This document shows, piece after piece, positions 36,221-48,289 of a stretch of DNA of 64,000 bases. Source of the stretch: Eledone cirrhosa. Lineage: Eukaryota. The DNA is taken from assembly GCA_964016885.1 (NCBI GenBank), contig OZ024742.1, positions 210,800,001 to 210,864,000 of the forward strand, in the 5' to 3' direction. The notes under the pieces are model-generated. The model made no database searches and was not told the DNA's origin. It was given only the letters and a program-made list of their open reading frames with translations. The position numbers and the translations under genes are program-made. Each line of letters begins with the position of its first letter. Positions within the stretch are counted from its first letter, which is position 1.

Positions 36221-38641
36221 TCATCATCATCATCATCAACGTTTAACGTCCGTGTTCCACGCTTGCATGGGTTTGGACGGGGGTAGTCCCACTTGAGGCA
36301 AGAGTGATTGTCTTGCTCGCATAGGACTGTCTGGCAGGTTTTCTACAGTTGGATGCCCTTCCTAACACCAACCACATTTACAGTGTGGGTCTGGGAGGTT
36401 TTTACCGTGTTGCCTACACGGCCACATTACAGCGTGGACTGTGTGTTTTTTTGTCGTGACACCTACACGATCTCATTTGTTTCGGCCTCGATGGCGCGGC
36501 ACCAACATAACTTTACATAGAACGGGGTGGTGTGGATCGGGTGGGGGTGGGGGTGGTGGGACGGGGTGTATTTTGTTAGAGATGCCTACTGGCTGGAGTA
36601 GGTTTTACTATATATTTAGGTAAGGCGGGTCTTCTCTGTTACTGAGTACCGCCAAAGGTCTCGGTCCAGTGACATTGTCTTGGAGAGGTGTAAGTGTGTG
36701 ATGTCGGAGTTTATCAGCTCGTCCCAGGTTTTTCTAGGTCTGCCTATTCCGTGACTACCGTCTATCTTTATTGCCCTGCACTTTGTTATACAGCTATCGA
36801 CTTTCATGCGCATCACGTGTCCATACCAACGTAGCCTTCTCTCGAGTAAACAACATCTGATCCCTCTTATCTCTAATTTATTCCTTAGTTCGTTTATGCT
36901 TTGCCGTTCACGTATATTACTGTTACACATCCAGCGGAGCATGCAAGCTTCGTTCCTCTCTAGTCTGCGTATATCCTCTGCACACAATGCCCAGGTCTCA
37001 CTGCCATGCAGCATTGCTGTTCGTATGCAGGCATCGTACAACCTGCCTTTCATTTTTAGTGAGAACCCTTTAGCAGCTAATAGTGGTATAAGCTCTCTGA
37101 ACTTTTTCCAACCAGTTCTGACTCTAGCTACAGTACTTTCAGAGCACCCTCCCCCACTGCTGATTTTATCGCCCAGGTAACGGAAGCTGTCCACTATTTC
37201 TATAGAACCCTCTGCGCAATTGAAAGAGCTAGTAGTTTGTGGGCACTTGCTGCTACTTATTGCACCAGAGCACCGGCCACATGTAAAATCTATGTTCTTA
37301 GTTAGCTTACCTGTGATCCCACTACATCTTTTATGCACCCATACTTTGCATTTAGGACATAAAATGGAGTTTCTACCTACGCCTTTCCTACACACCGAGC
37401 ACGACCATTTCCCCGATGGGACCGCCGCCTTGTTTTCTTTCCTACAAACTAGTACTTTGGTCTTAGCCAGGTTAATTTTAAGTCCTTTTGACTCTAGGCC
37501 GTGCTTCCATGTTTGGAATTTCTTCTCTAGCTCGGCCATTGATTCCGCTATGAGTGTCAGGTCGTCTGCGTATAGGAGTTCCCATGGGCAACCTGTCTTG
37601 AACTCCTCTGTTATAGCCTGAAGGGCAATAATAAATAGTAGTGGACTGAGAACAGAGCCCTGATGGACGCCGACTTTTACGCTAAACTCTTCACTATATT
37701 CGTTGTTAATTCTAACCTTGCTGACTGTTTCTTTATACATGGCTTGTATAGCCCTCACAAGCCATTCGTCAACGCCTAGTTTTCTAAGAGCCCACCAGAT
37801 AATGGAGCGGGGGACTCTGTCGAAGGCTTTCTCCAAGTCGACAAAAGCTAAGTAGAGGGGTTTACCTTTAGCTAGGTACTTCTCCTGTAGTTGTCGTACT
37901 ATGAAAAGAGCGTCTGTGGTACTTTTGCCTGACACAAACCCGAACTGCATTTCATCTAGGTCAATTCTCTCTCTGATTAGTTGCGCTATTACTCTTTCCG
38001 TGACCTTCATGACCTGGTCGATTAATTTAATGCCTCTATAGTTACTCCTATCTAGGGCGTCTCCTTTACCCTTATAACAGTTAACGATGATGCTGCTATG
38101 CCAGTCCTTCGGAACAACCCCGTTCTGTACGACTTGGTTAACTATGCGGGTGACCATGGTGTGTCCCACCGTGCCAGATGCCTTCAGCATCTCAGCAACT
38201 ATTTCCGAAGGCCCAGCCGCCTTACCAGTCTTCATATCCTTGATTGCCTTACTTATTATACTCCCCTCGACTAACACTGCTGGTCCCTCTATTGGGTCGA
38301 TATGGGGGAGACTGCCTTTCTCCCAATTATTCTCCTCATTTAGAAGCCTTTCATAGTGACACTTCCAAGCTACCTTCTTATCAGCGTCGGTGATGGCAAG
38401 TGTGCCATCGTCGTTTAGTACACACTTCTCCCCGACAATATCACGGTTTTCCTTGACGCATTGCCTAGCAATCCTGAACACCTCACGTTTTTGGTCATCG
38501 CGTTGTAGAACATGCTTGAACTTTCTTTCCTCAGCTTCCCTTCTTGCTAAGTACACTTGTCTCCTAGCTTCCCTCCTGGCCACTTGATAGTCCTCTCTAC
38601 TTCCCCCATCCCGCCATACTTTCCAAGCCTGCTTTTTGGCC
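36218..38641 (-). mobile_element. RTE LINE subfamily B, 5'-truncated, near-identical to 21461-23779
   Basis: Intact RT ORF 36616-38583, (ATG)n tail, flanked by (TA)n. Confidence 0.95.
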
Positions 38642-38653
38642 TATATATATATA

Positions 38654-38685
<32 letters not shown>

Positions 38686-38688
38686 AAC

Positions 38689-38735
<47 letters not shown>

Positions 38736-38754
38736 ATATATATATATATATATA

Positions 38755-40108
38755 TCATCATCATCATCATCCTCATCATCACCGTTTTACGTCCGTTCTT
38801 CCACGCTACCATGGGTTAGACGGGTTGTCCTGTTGTGGGCAGTGTCTGGTCGGCTGACCATGCCTTGCTCATACGGGAACTGATTTGGCTTGATTTCTAC
38901 AGCTGGATGCCCTTCCTAACACCAACCTCATTTACAGTGAGTGCTGGGTGCTTTTTCGTGGCGCCTACATGTCCACTTTACAGTGTGGGCTGGGTGCTTT
39001 TTTGCCGTGGCACCTCCACGACCACCTTACGGTGGGGGGTGTGGGGGCATATTGTCTATATGCTTCAGCTTGTACCCATGGGAGGTCGGGTAATCTGTAT
39101 TACTGCGTGACGCCAGAAGTCATGGTCGTGTGTCATTGTCTTTGAGAGGTGCAATTGGGTAAGGTCGGCTTTTATCACCTCATCCCAGGTCATCTTGGGT
39201 CTCCCCACTCCGCGGTTTCCATCAAATTCTAGTGCTCTGCACCTTTTTATGCAGCTGTCATCCTTCATACGCATCACATGTCCATACCAGCGCAACCGCC
39301 TCTCCTGCACACAGCGTTTGATTACTCTTATGCTCAGTCTCTCTCTCAATTCATTTATGCTTTGTCGTTCACGTATATTACTGTTACACATCCATCGGAG
39401 CATACAGGCTTCGTTTCTCTCTAATCTACGTAAGTCTTCCACCTTCAGCGCCCAGGTCTCACTACCATGCAACATCGCTGTTCGGATACACGCATCATAC
39501 AGTCTGCCTTTCATTCTGAGGGAGAAGCCTTTTGCAGCTAGCATTGGTAGTAGTTCCCTAAACTTCTTCCATCCCGTTCTTACCCTAGTTATTGTACTTT
39601 CTGAACACCCACCTCCGCTGCTAATTCGGTCACCTAGGTAGAAGAAGCTATCTACTGTTTCTACAGGGCCCTCCCAGAGATTGGTGGTACTTGTTTCCTG
39701 TGGCTGTTTGCTGCTTGCTGTATCAGCACAGCTGCTGCATGTGAATCCTACATTCTTAATTAAGCTTCCTGAGATCCCGCTACATCTCTTGTGTACCCAT
39801 TGTTTGCATTTGGGGCAGAGAATGGAGTTCTTACCTACACCTTTCCTACATACTGAGCAAGGCCATTTCCCTGAGGGGATCTGGGTTCTGTTTTCTCGTC
39901 TACTTACAAGGACCTTAGTCTTTGTCATGTTGACTTTGAGACCCTTTCTTTCTAGTCCCTGCTTCCAAGTTTGGAATTTATTCTCTAGTTCTACCATAGA
40001 TTCAGCTATGAGTGCGAGGTCATCAGCATACAGGAGTTCCCATGGGCATCCAGTCTTAAACTCCTCCGTTATTGCCTGCAGGACTATGATGAACAGGAGA
40101 GGGCTAAG

Positions 40109-40111
<3 letters not shown>
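38755..40111 (-). mobile_element. RTE LINE subfamily C, 5'-truncated
   Basis: RT C-terminal half ([21 protein letters not shown]) at 39065-40111, its own 3' UTR, flanked by (TA)n. Confidence 0.92.
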
Positions 40112-40162
<51 letters not shown>

Positions 40163-40166
<4 letters not shown>

Positions 40167-40587
40167 GAAGTTCTATTTAAATTGTTGGGATACAACAAGC
40201 AAATATTTTTATAACTGATATAAAGCACTCAACAAATTATTGGAGTAAAAATAGGATATATTAACAAATGAAAACTATATTTATAAAACCATATTTATTT
40301 CATTATACATATTTCAAGGACATCAAGTTAAATTATGGTGTGCTTTCAGCAGATAAAATATAATATAGATCAGTTTTATTAATAAATATTGACATACACT
40401 TAAAGAATGCGACCATTTCTGTTGGAAGCTCCCAGTAAGGGTATGTCAATATTTATTTATAAAACTGATCTATATTATATTTTATCTGATGAAAGCACAC
40501 CATAATTTAACTTGGTGTCTTTGAAATATGTATAATGAAATAAATATGGTTTTATAAATATAGTTTCCATTTGTTAATATATCGTAT
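40163..40587. mobile_element. Fold-back Penelope-like element with hammerheads on both strands
   Basis: Inverted arms 40251-40402 / 40436-40587, tail 40163-40250, flanked by (TA)n; a second copy lies at 44465-44755. Confidence 0.7.
40480..40540 (+). ncRNA. Type I hammerhead ribozyme, intact core
   Basis: ttttat-CTGATGA-aagcacacca(taatttaact)tggtgtcttt-GAAA-tatgta-TA-atgaaa; stems I, II and III pair. Confidence 0.7.
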
Positions 40588-40624
40588 ATATATATATATA
40601 TAAACGTATATATATATATATATA

Positions 40625-41226
40625 TCATCATCATCATCATTTCATTTTACGTCTGCTTCTTCCCTGCTTGCAAGGGTGGGACAGGAACTGATTCTCGCTT
40701 GATTTCTACAGCTGGATGCCCTTCCTAACACCAACCTCATTTACAGTGAGTGATGGGTGCTTTTTTGCCGTGGCACCTGCACGACCACTTTGCAGTGGAA
40801 TGATATGGACCCCAGTCTACAGCTGAGTAAACTGGAGCAATGTGAAATAAAGTGTCTTGCTCAAGGAAACAACACATCACCCGGTCTGAGAATTGAACTC
40901 TAACCACTAAGCCATGTGCCTCCATTATATATATATATGTGAGTTCAATTCTCAGACCGGGTGATGTGTTGTTTCCTTGAGCAAGACACTTTATTTCACA
41001 TTGCTCCAGTTTACTCAGCTGTAGAAACGAGATGATAGGGACTGGGGTCCATATCATTCCACTGCAAAGTGGTCGTGGAAGTGCTATGGCAAAAAAGCAC
41101 CCAGCACTCACTGTAAATGAGGTTGGTGTTAGGATGGGCATCCAGCTGTAGAAATCAAGCCAGAATCAGTTCCCGTCCCACCTTTGCAAGCAGGGAAAAA
41201 GCGGACGTAAAATGAGATGATGATGA
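40625..41226. mobile_element. Head-to-head pair of SINE family 2 copies (- then +)
   Basis: 40625-40923 is largely the reverse complement of 40938-41226; both carry RTE-A tails and (ATG)n. Confidence 0.8.
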
Positions 41227-41338
41227 TATATATATATATATGTTTATGTTTATATATATATATGTTTATATATATAATATCCGTTATATATATATATATA
41301 TATAAACATATATATATATAACGGATATTATATATATA

Positions 41339-41378
<40 letters not shown>

Positions 41379-41588
41379 CATATATATATATATATAAACA
41401 TATATATAAACATATATATATATATATATAAACATATATATATATATATATATATAAACATATATATATATATATATGTTTATATATATATATGTTTATA
41501 TATATATATGTTTATATATATATATATATGTTTATATATATATGTTTATATATATATGTTTATATATATATATATATATATATATATG

Positions 41589-41628
<40 letters not shown>

Positions 41629-41629
<1 letters not shown>

Positions 41630-43181
41630 ATCATCAATCAGGCTATATATGGTGGTGTCATACCCAAAGACTGGTGCAGCAGTATTCTCATAAATTGCTA
41701 CAAAGGTAAAGGGGATGCTTTGGAGAGGAGCAATTATAGGGGTATAAAACTGATAGATCAGGTTATGAAAGTGGCAGAAAGGATTTTAGCACAACTAATT
41801 AGAGAAAGGGTCAAACTAGATGAGATGCAGTTTGGTTTTGTGCCTGGCAAGAGTACAACAGATGCCCTCTTCTTGGTGAGACAAATGCAAGAGAGGTTCT
41901 TAGAGAAGAATAAGCCACTATACTTAGCCTTTGTTGACCTAGAGAAGGCCTTTGATAGGGTACCCCGATCTGTCATCTGGTGGTCCCTAAGGAAGCTAGG
42001 TGTTGAGGAATGGCTTGTGAGGACAGTGCAAACTTTGTACAGAGGTGCTATCAGTAAAGTCAGGGTAGGAATGGAGTTTAGTGAGGAATTCCAGATACAA
42101 GTAGGAGTACATCAGGGCTCGGACCTCAGCCCGCTCTTGTTCATTATAGTCCTTCAAGCCATAACAGAGGAGTTTAAGACTGGCTGTCCATGGGAACTTC
42201 TCTATGCTGACAATCTGGTTCTTATAGCAGAATCAGTAGAGGAGCTAGAGAATAAATTCTGGCTATGGAAACAGCAGTTGGAAGCAAGAGGACTGAGAGT
42301 GAATCTAGCTAAGACAAAAGTGTTGATGAGTAGAAAAGAGGACAAAACCCTGATTCCGTCAGGGAAATGGTCATGTTCGATATGCAGAAAAGGAACTGGC
42401 ATAAATTCTATAAAATGCACACAATGCAGATCCTGGGTACACAAGAGATGTAGCGGGATAGCAGGCAAACTAACAGGTAGGGAGAAATATGTATGCAGTA
42501 GATGTACAGGGAAATTTGACAGTAGAAGTCGCACTGATAGACACATTTTTCAAATGCAAGAGGGCGCTATAGAAGTGGTGGATAGCTTCCGGTACCTAGG
42601 AGATCAGATTAGCATGGGAGGAGGGTGTTCCGAGGCCATAGTATCTAGAATAAGGACGGGTTGGAAGAAGTTTAGGGAGCTGCTTCCTCTGTTGACGAAG
42701 AAGGGTTTCTCCCTGCGTACGAAAGGCCAGTTGTATGATGCCTGTGTGAGGAGTGCGATGCTGCATGGTAGTGAGACATGGGCAGCAACTGCAGAGGATA
42801 TGCGACGGCTGGAGAGAAATGAGGCAAGCATGCTCCGTTGGATGTGCAGTGTAAATGTGCGTGAACGACCCAGCATAAATGTGTTGAGAGAGAAACTGTG
42901 TCTGAGAGGGATAGAATGTAGTGTACGGGAGAAGAGACTGAGGTGGTATGGACATGTGATGCGCATGGAGGATAACCGATGGGTGAAGAAGTGCCAGGAA
43001 ATGCCAGTTGAAGGAAGACGTGGTAGAAGTAGACCACGAAAAACATGGGCGGAGGTGGTGAGAACAGACCTCAGCTCATTGAAGCTCACGGTGGAGATGA
43101 CGAGGGACCGTGACGAGTGGAGAGATGCTGTGCTGAATAAGACCCATCCCACCCTTGCAAGCAGGGAAAAGCGGACGTAAA

Positions 43182-43211
<30 letters not shown>
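41629..43211 (+). mobile_element. RTE LINE subfamily A, 5'-truncated, catalytic YADD changed to YADN
   Basis: Nearly identical to about 50897-52473; tatgctgacaat at 42203-42214; flanked by (TA)n. Confidence 0.95.
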
Positions 43212-43213
<2 letters not shown>

Positions 43214-43369
43214 ATATATGTTTATATATATATGTTTATATATATATATATATATATAAATATATATGTTTATATATATATATATGTATATATATGTTTA
43301 TAAATATATATATATGTTTATATATATATATGTTTATATATATATATATAAATGTTTATATATATATAT

Positions 43370-43665
43370 GGAGGCACATGGCTTAGTGGTTAGAGCAATG
43401 GACTTGCAATCAAAAGGTTGTGAGTTCAATTCTCAAACCAGGTGATGTATTGTTTCCTTGAGCAAGACACTTTATTTCACATTGCTCCAGTTTACTCAGC
43501 TGCAAAGTGGTCGTGGAGGTGCCACAGCAAAAAAGCACCCAGCACTCACTGTAAATGAGGTTGGTGTATGGAAGGGCATCCAGCTTTAGAAATCAAGCCA
43601 GAATCAGTTCCCATCCCACCCTTGAAAGCAGGGAAAGGCGGACGTAAAATGAAATGATGATGATA
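43370..43665 (+). mobile_element. SINE family 2, full tRNA-like head
   Basis: GGAGGCACATGGCTTAGTGGTTAGAGC...GAGTTCAATTC (A and B boxes), core, and RTE-A tail. Confidence 0.85.
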
Positions 43666-43786
43666 TATATGTTTATATATATATATATAAATGTTTATAT
43701 ATATATATATATATATGTTTATATATATATATATATATGTTTTTATATATATATATATATATATAAATGTTTATATATATATATAT

Positions 43787-43817
<31 letters not shown>

Positions 43818-43933
43818 AGTTGAAAAAAATGAAAACGAAATTTCATTTCTCACTCTTAGTATGGCACTTACTTAAATGTAAGTATGTATGTATACGTACA
43901 TACATATATGTATACAGACGTACAGTAGCATGC

Positions 43934-43967
<34 letters not shown>

Positions 43968-44294
43968 GCATACAGGTACACATACATATATGCACGCATC
44001 AGTTTAGCCGACGTTTATTATAACGCAGCTTTGTTCGCTTGTTTGTCAACAAACAGAACAGGCTGAATTTATGCCATACGGTGTTAAGGCAACCACGTCA
44101 CCTTTTTGTTCAACACTGACACAGGAACGATGTACTAGTTTCAAGCTTGTTAGCTATCATCAGCACCGTTTACCCATCTGCCAGATAGTTGAACGTTCGA
44201 AAGTATATACTTTCCTTATGAAAATTAACGGCTGAGCAGCCTAATTTGCATATGCTGAACTGATGCGTGCATATATGTATGTGTACCTGTATGC

Positions 44295-44363
<69 letters not shown>

Positions 44364-44411
44364 TGCTACTGTACGTCTGTATACATATATGTATGTACGT
44401 ATACATACATA

Positions 44412-44414
<3 letters not shown>
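43818..44414. mobile_element. Fold-back Penelope-like element with a hammerhead in the spacer
   Basis: Inverted arms about 43879-44008 / 44234-44414, left tail, flanked by (TA)n. Confidence 0.65.
44126..44170 (-). ncRNA. Minimal type I hammerhead ribozyme, intact core, palindromic stem III
   Basis: Reverse complement: aacggtg-CTGATGA-tagct(aaca)agctt-GAAA-ctag-TA-catcgtt. Stem I is 7 bp, stem III is the palindrome ACTAGT, and the cleavage triplet is GUA. Confidence 0.8.
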
Positions 44415-44464
<50 letters not shown>

Positions 44465-44467
<3 letters not shown>

Positions 44468-44755
44468 AAAGTTCTATTTAAATTGTTGGGATACAACAAG
44501 CAAATATTTTTATAACAGATATAAAGCACTCAACAAATATTTGGAGTAAAAATACGATATTAACAAATGGCAACTATATTTATAAAACCATATTTATTTC
44601 ATTATACATATTTCAAGGACACCAAGTTAAATTATGGTGTGCTTTCAACAGACAAAATATAATATAGATCAGTTTTATAAATAAATATTGACATACCCTT
44701 AAAAAATGCAACCATTACTGTTTTATAAATATAGTTTCCATTTGTTAATATCGTA
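44465..44755 (-). mobile_element. Second copy of the 40163 hammerhead element (core mutated to CTGTTGA), shorter fold-back
   Basis: Aligns with 40163-40420; inverted piece at about 44720-44755. Confidence 0.7.
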
Positions 44756-44804
44756 TATATATATATATATATAAACACACACATATATATATATATATAT
44801 ATGT

Positions 44805-45128
44805 CTTAGTGGTTAGATAGAGCATTGGGCTTTCAATCGAAAGGTTGTGAGTTCAATTTTCAGACCGGGTGATGTGTTGTTTCCTTGAGCAAGACACTTT
44901 ATTTCACATTGCTCCAGTTTACTCAGCTGTAGACTGGGGTCCATATCATTCCACTGCAAAGTGGTCGTGGAGGTGCCACAGCAAAAAGCACCCAGCACTC
45001 ACTGTAAATGAGGTTGGTGTTAGGATGGGCATCCAGCTGTAGAAATCAAGCCAGAATCAGTTCCCATCCCACCCTTGCAAGCAGGGAAAAGCGGACGTAA
45101 AATGATGATGATGATGATGATGATGATA
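44805..45128 (+). mobile_element. SINE family 2
   Basis: Same consensus as 43370-43665. Confidence 0.8.
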
Positions 45129-45216
45129 TATAAACATATATATATATATATATATATAAACATATATTTATATATATATATATATAAACATATATTTATA
45201 TATATATATATATATA

Positions 45217-45899
45217 TGTATAACAAAGTGCAGGGCAATAAAGATAGACGGTAGCCACGGAGTAGGCAGACCCAGAAAAACATGGGACGAGCTGATAAAT
45301 TCCGACCTCACACGCTTACACCTCTCCAAGACAATGTCACTGGACCGAGACCTTTGGCGGTACTCAGTAATAGAGAAGACCCGCCTTACCTAAATACAAA
45401 GTAAAAACCTACTATAGTCAGTAGGCATCTCTATCACCCCCCCCCCCCCCGTCCAACCACCTCCACCCCATCCACACCGCCCCTTTCAATGTAAAGTTAT
45501 GTTGGTGCCATGCCATCCAGGCCGAAACAAATGAGATCGTGTAGGTGTCACGACAAAAAAACACACAGTCCACGCTGTAAATGTGGCCGTGTAGGCAACA
45601 CGGTAAAAACCTCCCAGCCCCACACTGTAAATGTGGTTGGTGTTAGGAAGGGCATCCAGCTGTAGAAAACCCGCCAGACAGTCCACGCTGTAATGTGGCC
45701 GTGTAGGCAACACGGTAAAAACCTCCCAGCCCCACACTGTAAATGTGGTTGGTGTTAGGAAGGGCATCCAGCTGTAGAAAACCCGCCAGACAGTCCTATG
45801 CGAGCAAGACAACCACTCTTGCCTCAAGTGGGAAAACCCCCGTCCAAACCCATGCAAACGTGGAACACGGACGCTAAACCTGATGATGATGATGATGAT
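45217..45899 (+). mobile_element. RTE subfamily B 3' fragment with an internal tandem duplication of about 111 bp in the 3' UTR
   Basis: Matches the reverse complement of 21461-22025; about 45567-45678 is repeated at about 45679-45790. Confidence 0.85.
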
Positions 45900-46126
45900 A
45901 TAAACATATTTATATATATATATATATATAAACATATATTTATATATATATATATATAAACATATATTTATATATATATATATAAATAAACATATATATA
46001 TATATATATATAAATAAACATATATATATATATATATATATATTAAGATAAGCAGAACAAGTAAAATTCAATCAATTTTTCAAAATACATTAAAAAATAT
46101 AATATAAATATTTACCTCTTCTAGTG

Positions 46127-46208
46127 GCCCTTACTGATCAGTTTCGCTTTGTAAAACCTCATAAATCCGATGGATTTATGATGGGAAACCAAAGCTCATC
46201 AGAGAAGC
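46127..46208 (-). ncRNA. Type I hammerhead ribozyme, intact core, palindromic stem III, extended stem II
   Basis: Reverse complement: gcttct-CTGATGA-gctttg...(tcataaatcc atc ggatttatga)...caaagc-GAAA-ctgatcag-TA-agggc. It lies inside a (TA)n-bounded element at about 46045-46500. Confidence 0.75.
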
Positions 46209-46765
46209 ATTTTCCCTTCCTAGGGCTAAACGTCCCAGGAACGACAAAATATACAACCTCCTGCCAGCTAATAAAGGTCTGAAAGGTCGTAAAAGTGACC
46301 CGTATGTAAACTGGACCGAAGTAAAAGCGGGAAAATCAAAGACTTGCTGTCTACAATTACTACTAAAAAAATAGCAGCCAAGTAAAGCAACAGATTTGTT
46401 CTCAACGGACGGAGAAAAAGATATATAAACATATATATATATAAACAAATAGTAAAAAGGAAAAAAAAATGTTTCCTTTTTACTATTTGTTTATATATAT
46501 ATCAACTCGTGTGTTACTTTTCTACATTCCATGTAGATATATATATATATATACTATTTCTAAAAACCACCAAAGATTCAAGGCATTGTCAAACTGACAT
46601 ATGCTTCTGCCGACCTAAACCCATCCGGTAAAGCAGTTTTAATACTCGGTAGATAGTATTGGAAATAGAAAGACCAACTTAAACATTGTTTCCTTGTTTC
46701 AATTTGATAAGTACCACTCCACTCAGCAAGTGAAAGAAGTCTGGAATCTGTTGATTGATATATAT

Positions 46766-46985
46766 ATATGAAAAATTCAGGATGCCGACAGCTGAGCGCT
46801 GGCCATTTCAACAGCTAGATTCAAACTGAATCACCGGTGATTCAGTTCGCATCTAGCTGTTGTAACGGCCAGAGCTCAGCTGTCGGGATCCTGAATTTTT
46901 CATATTACCCACTCTATTACCCCAAGTATTGACTACTCTGGTGAGTAATGGTCTAACTGGTTTTTACCGCCTCCATTCCGATGTA
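46766..46985. mobile_element. Fold-back element (arms about 46766-46835 / 46836-46904) with a right tail
   Basis: Palindromic centre tgaatcaccggtgattca; the tail is homologous to 26430-26500; flanked by (TA)n. Confidence 0.65.
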
Positions 46986-47072
46986 TATATATATATATAT
47001 ATATAAAATAATGATATACACACACATATTGATATTAAAATGTTATAGTTTGCTTGAAACATTGTATATAAT

Positions 47073-47925
47073 ACTAGCCGAATTACCTGCACTTTGCTGC
47101 ATTTCACACATTTTTTTTGTAAGAAAATGATGATAGATTTTAAATCAGTGATATTATAGCGAGAGTAATAGGGTTGCATGAATGTAACAAGGAATACATT
47201 GTTTGTGTAGATAATATTTAATTAACAATGGTAGATAGTATAGTTGACATGTCAAAGTAATAGATGATAGAATGAAGCAAAGTTAGTAGTTACCGTTTTG
47301 ATTGCCAGGCAAACGCGGCTGGCAGAGGACGCCTGGCTAAGGCCAGGCGCCTGTTGGCCAAATGAATGGCAGAGCCAAATGAGAGGCTCTTGACCTGGTG
47401 CCGAAAAGGCAATGAGAGAATGAGAGCTTAAAGTTGTTAGTTTTATAGGGTACTGACCGGAAGTTGCAGAAAGGGTTCCACCCCCTGTCCAGACGCCAAT
47501 CCAAACAAGGGAGACAACCGTTACAATATAATTTATGGAGAAAAACTCTGCATTTCAATATTACTCAATGTAAAATGTAATGCATAAAAAATTGGAAAAC
47601 ATTATCTTTTGTAATATATCAAATCAAAATTACATTATTAAATCTTATTCTTATTTTGTTTCTTATAAATAATTTTTTTCAAAATATCAATTCAAAACTT
47701 TTATGAATAGGCATCAGCTTAATTTTTTTCAGCTTAATTTTTTTCAAAATATCAATTCAAAACTTTTATGAATAGGAGCAGCAGCTGTTAGGGCAAGACG
47801 TGTTTTCTTGGGCTCTGCTAGAGTCAGCAGCAACACACAACCACGTGTTGCTACACACACACAAGAGGAAAGAAAAAATTTAAAATTTATGAGACCAATA
47901 GAGATATGTACATTTATATATAGAT
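47073..47925 (+). mobile_element. Possible Helentron-associated (DINE/HINE-like) non-autonomous element
   Basis: Starts ACTAGCCGAATTACCTGCACTTTGC and ends TTTATATATAGAT. Based on terminal resemblance only. Confidence 0.3.
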
Positions 47926-47983
47926 ATTGCTATCATCATTTACAGTCCCTCTGTGTTTAATGTATGTTCATTAGTATATGTGT

Positions 47984-48289
47984 TGTTATTTCTGCTTGCA
48001 TTTTGCATATATACATATATATATATATATATATGCTTGCGTGGACCCCTCTCAAAATTCGTTGGATTTTCTAATTGGATACCCCAACACTGGATACCAA
48101 CACTGAATACACCTGAACTTCTACCAGGAAATCTTTCGTTGTCATTTCTGCTTGCATTTTACATATATAGATATATATATCAATGGTTGCGTGGACCCCT
48201 CTTAAAGATTCGTTGGATTTTCTAATTGGATACCCCGAAACTGGATACCAATCACTGAATACACCTGAACTTCTACCAGGAAATCTTTC
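47984..48289. repeat. Tandem direct duplication of about 152 bp
   Basis: tttctgcttgcattt...tgcgtggacccctct...aacttctaccaggaaatctttc occurs twice. Confidence 0.85.

Noticed and set aside
41492-41628. YI-rich N-termini of ORFs 41492-43180 and 39065-40228, and the many YIYI/CVCV/HTHT ORFs
   Set aside because: These are translations of (TA)n, (TG)n and (CA)n microsatellites read through by chance.
43370-43445. tRNA gene
   Set aside because: A and B boxes are present but there is no full cloverleaf, and the sequence continues into a SINE core and tail.
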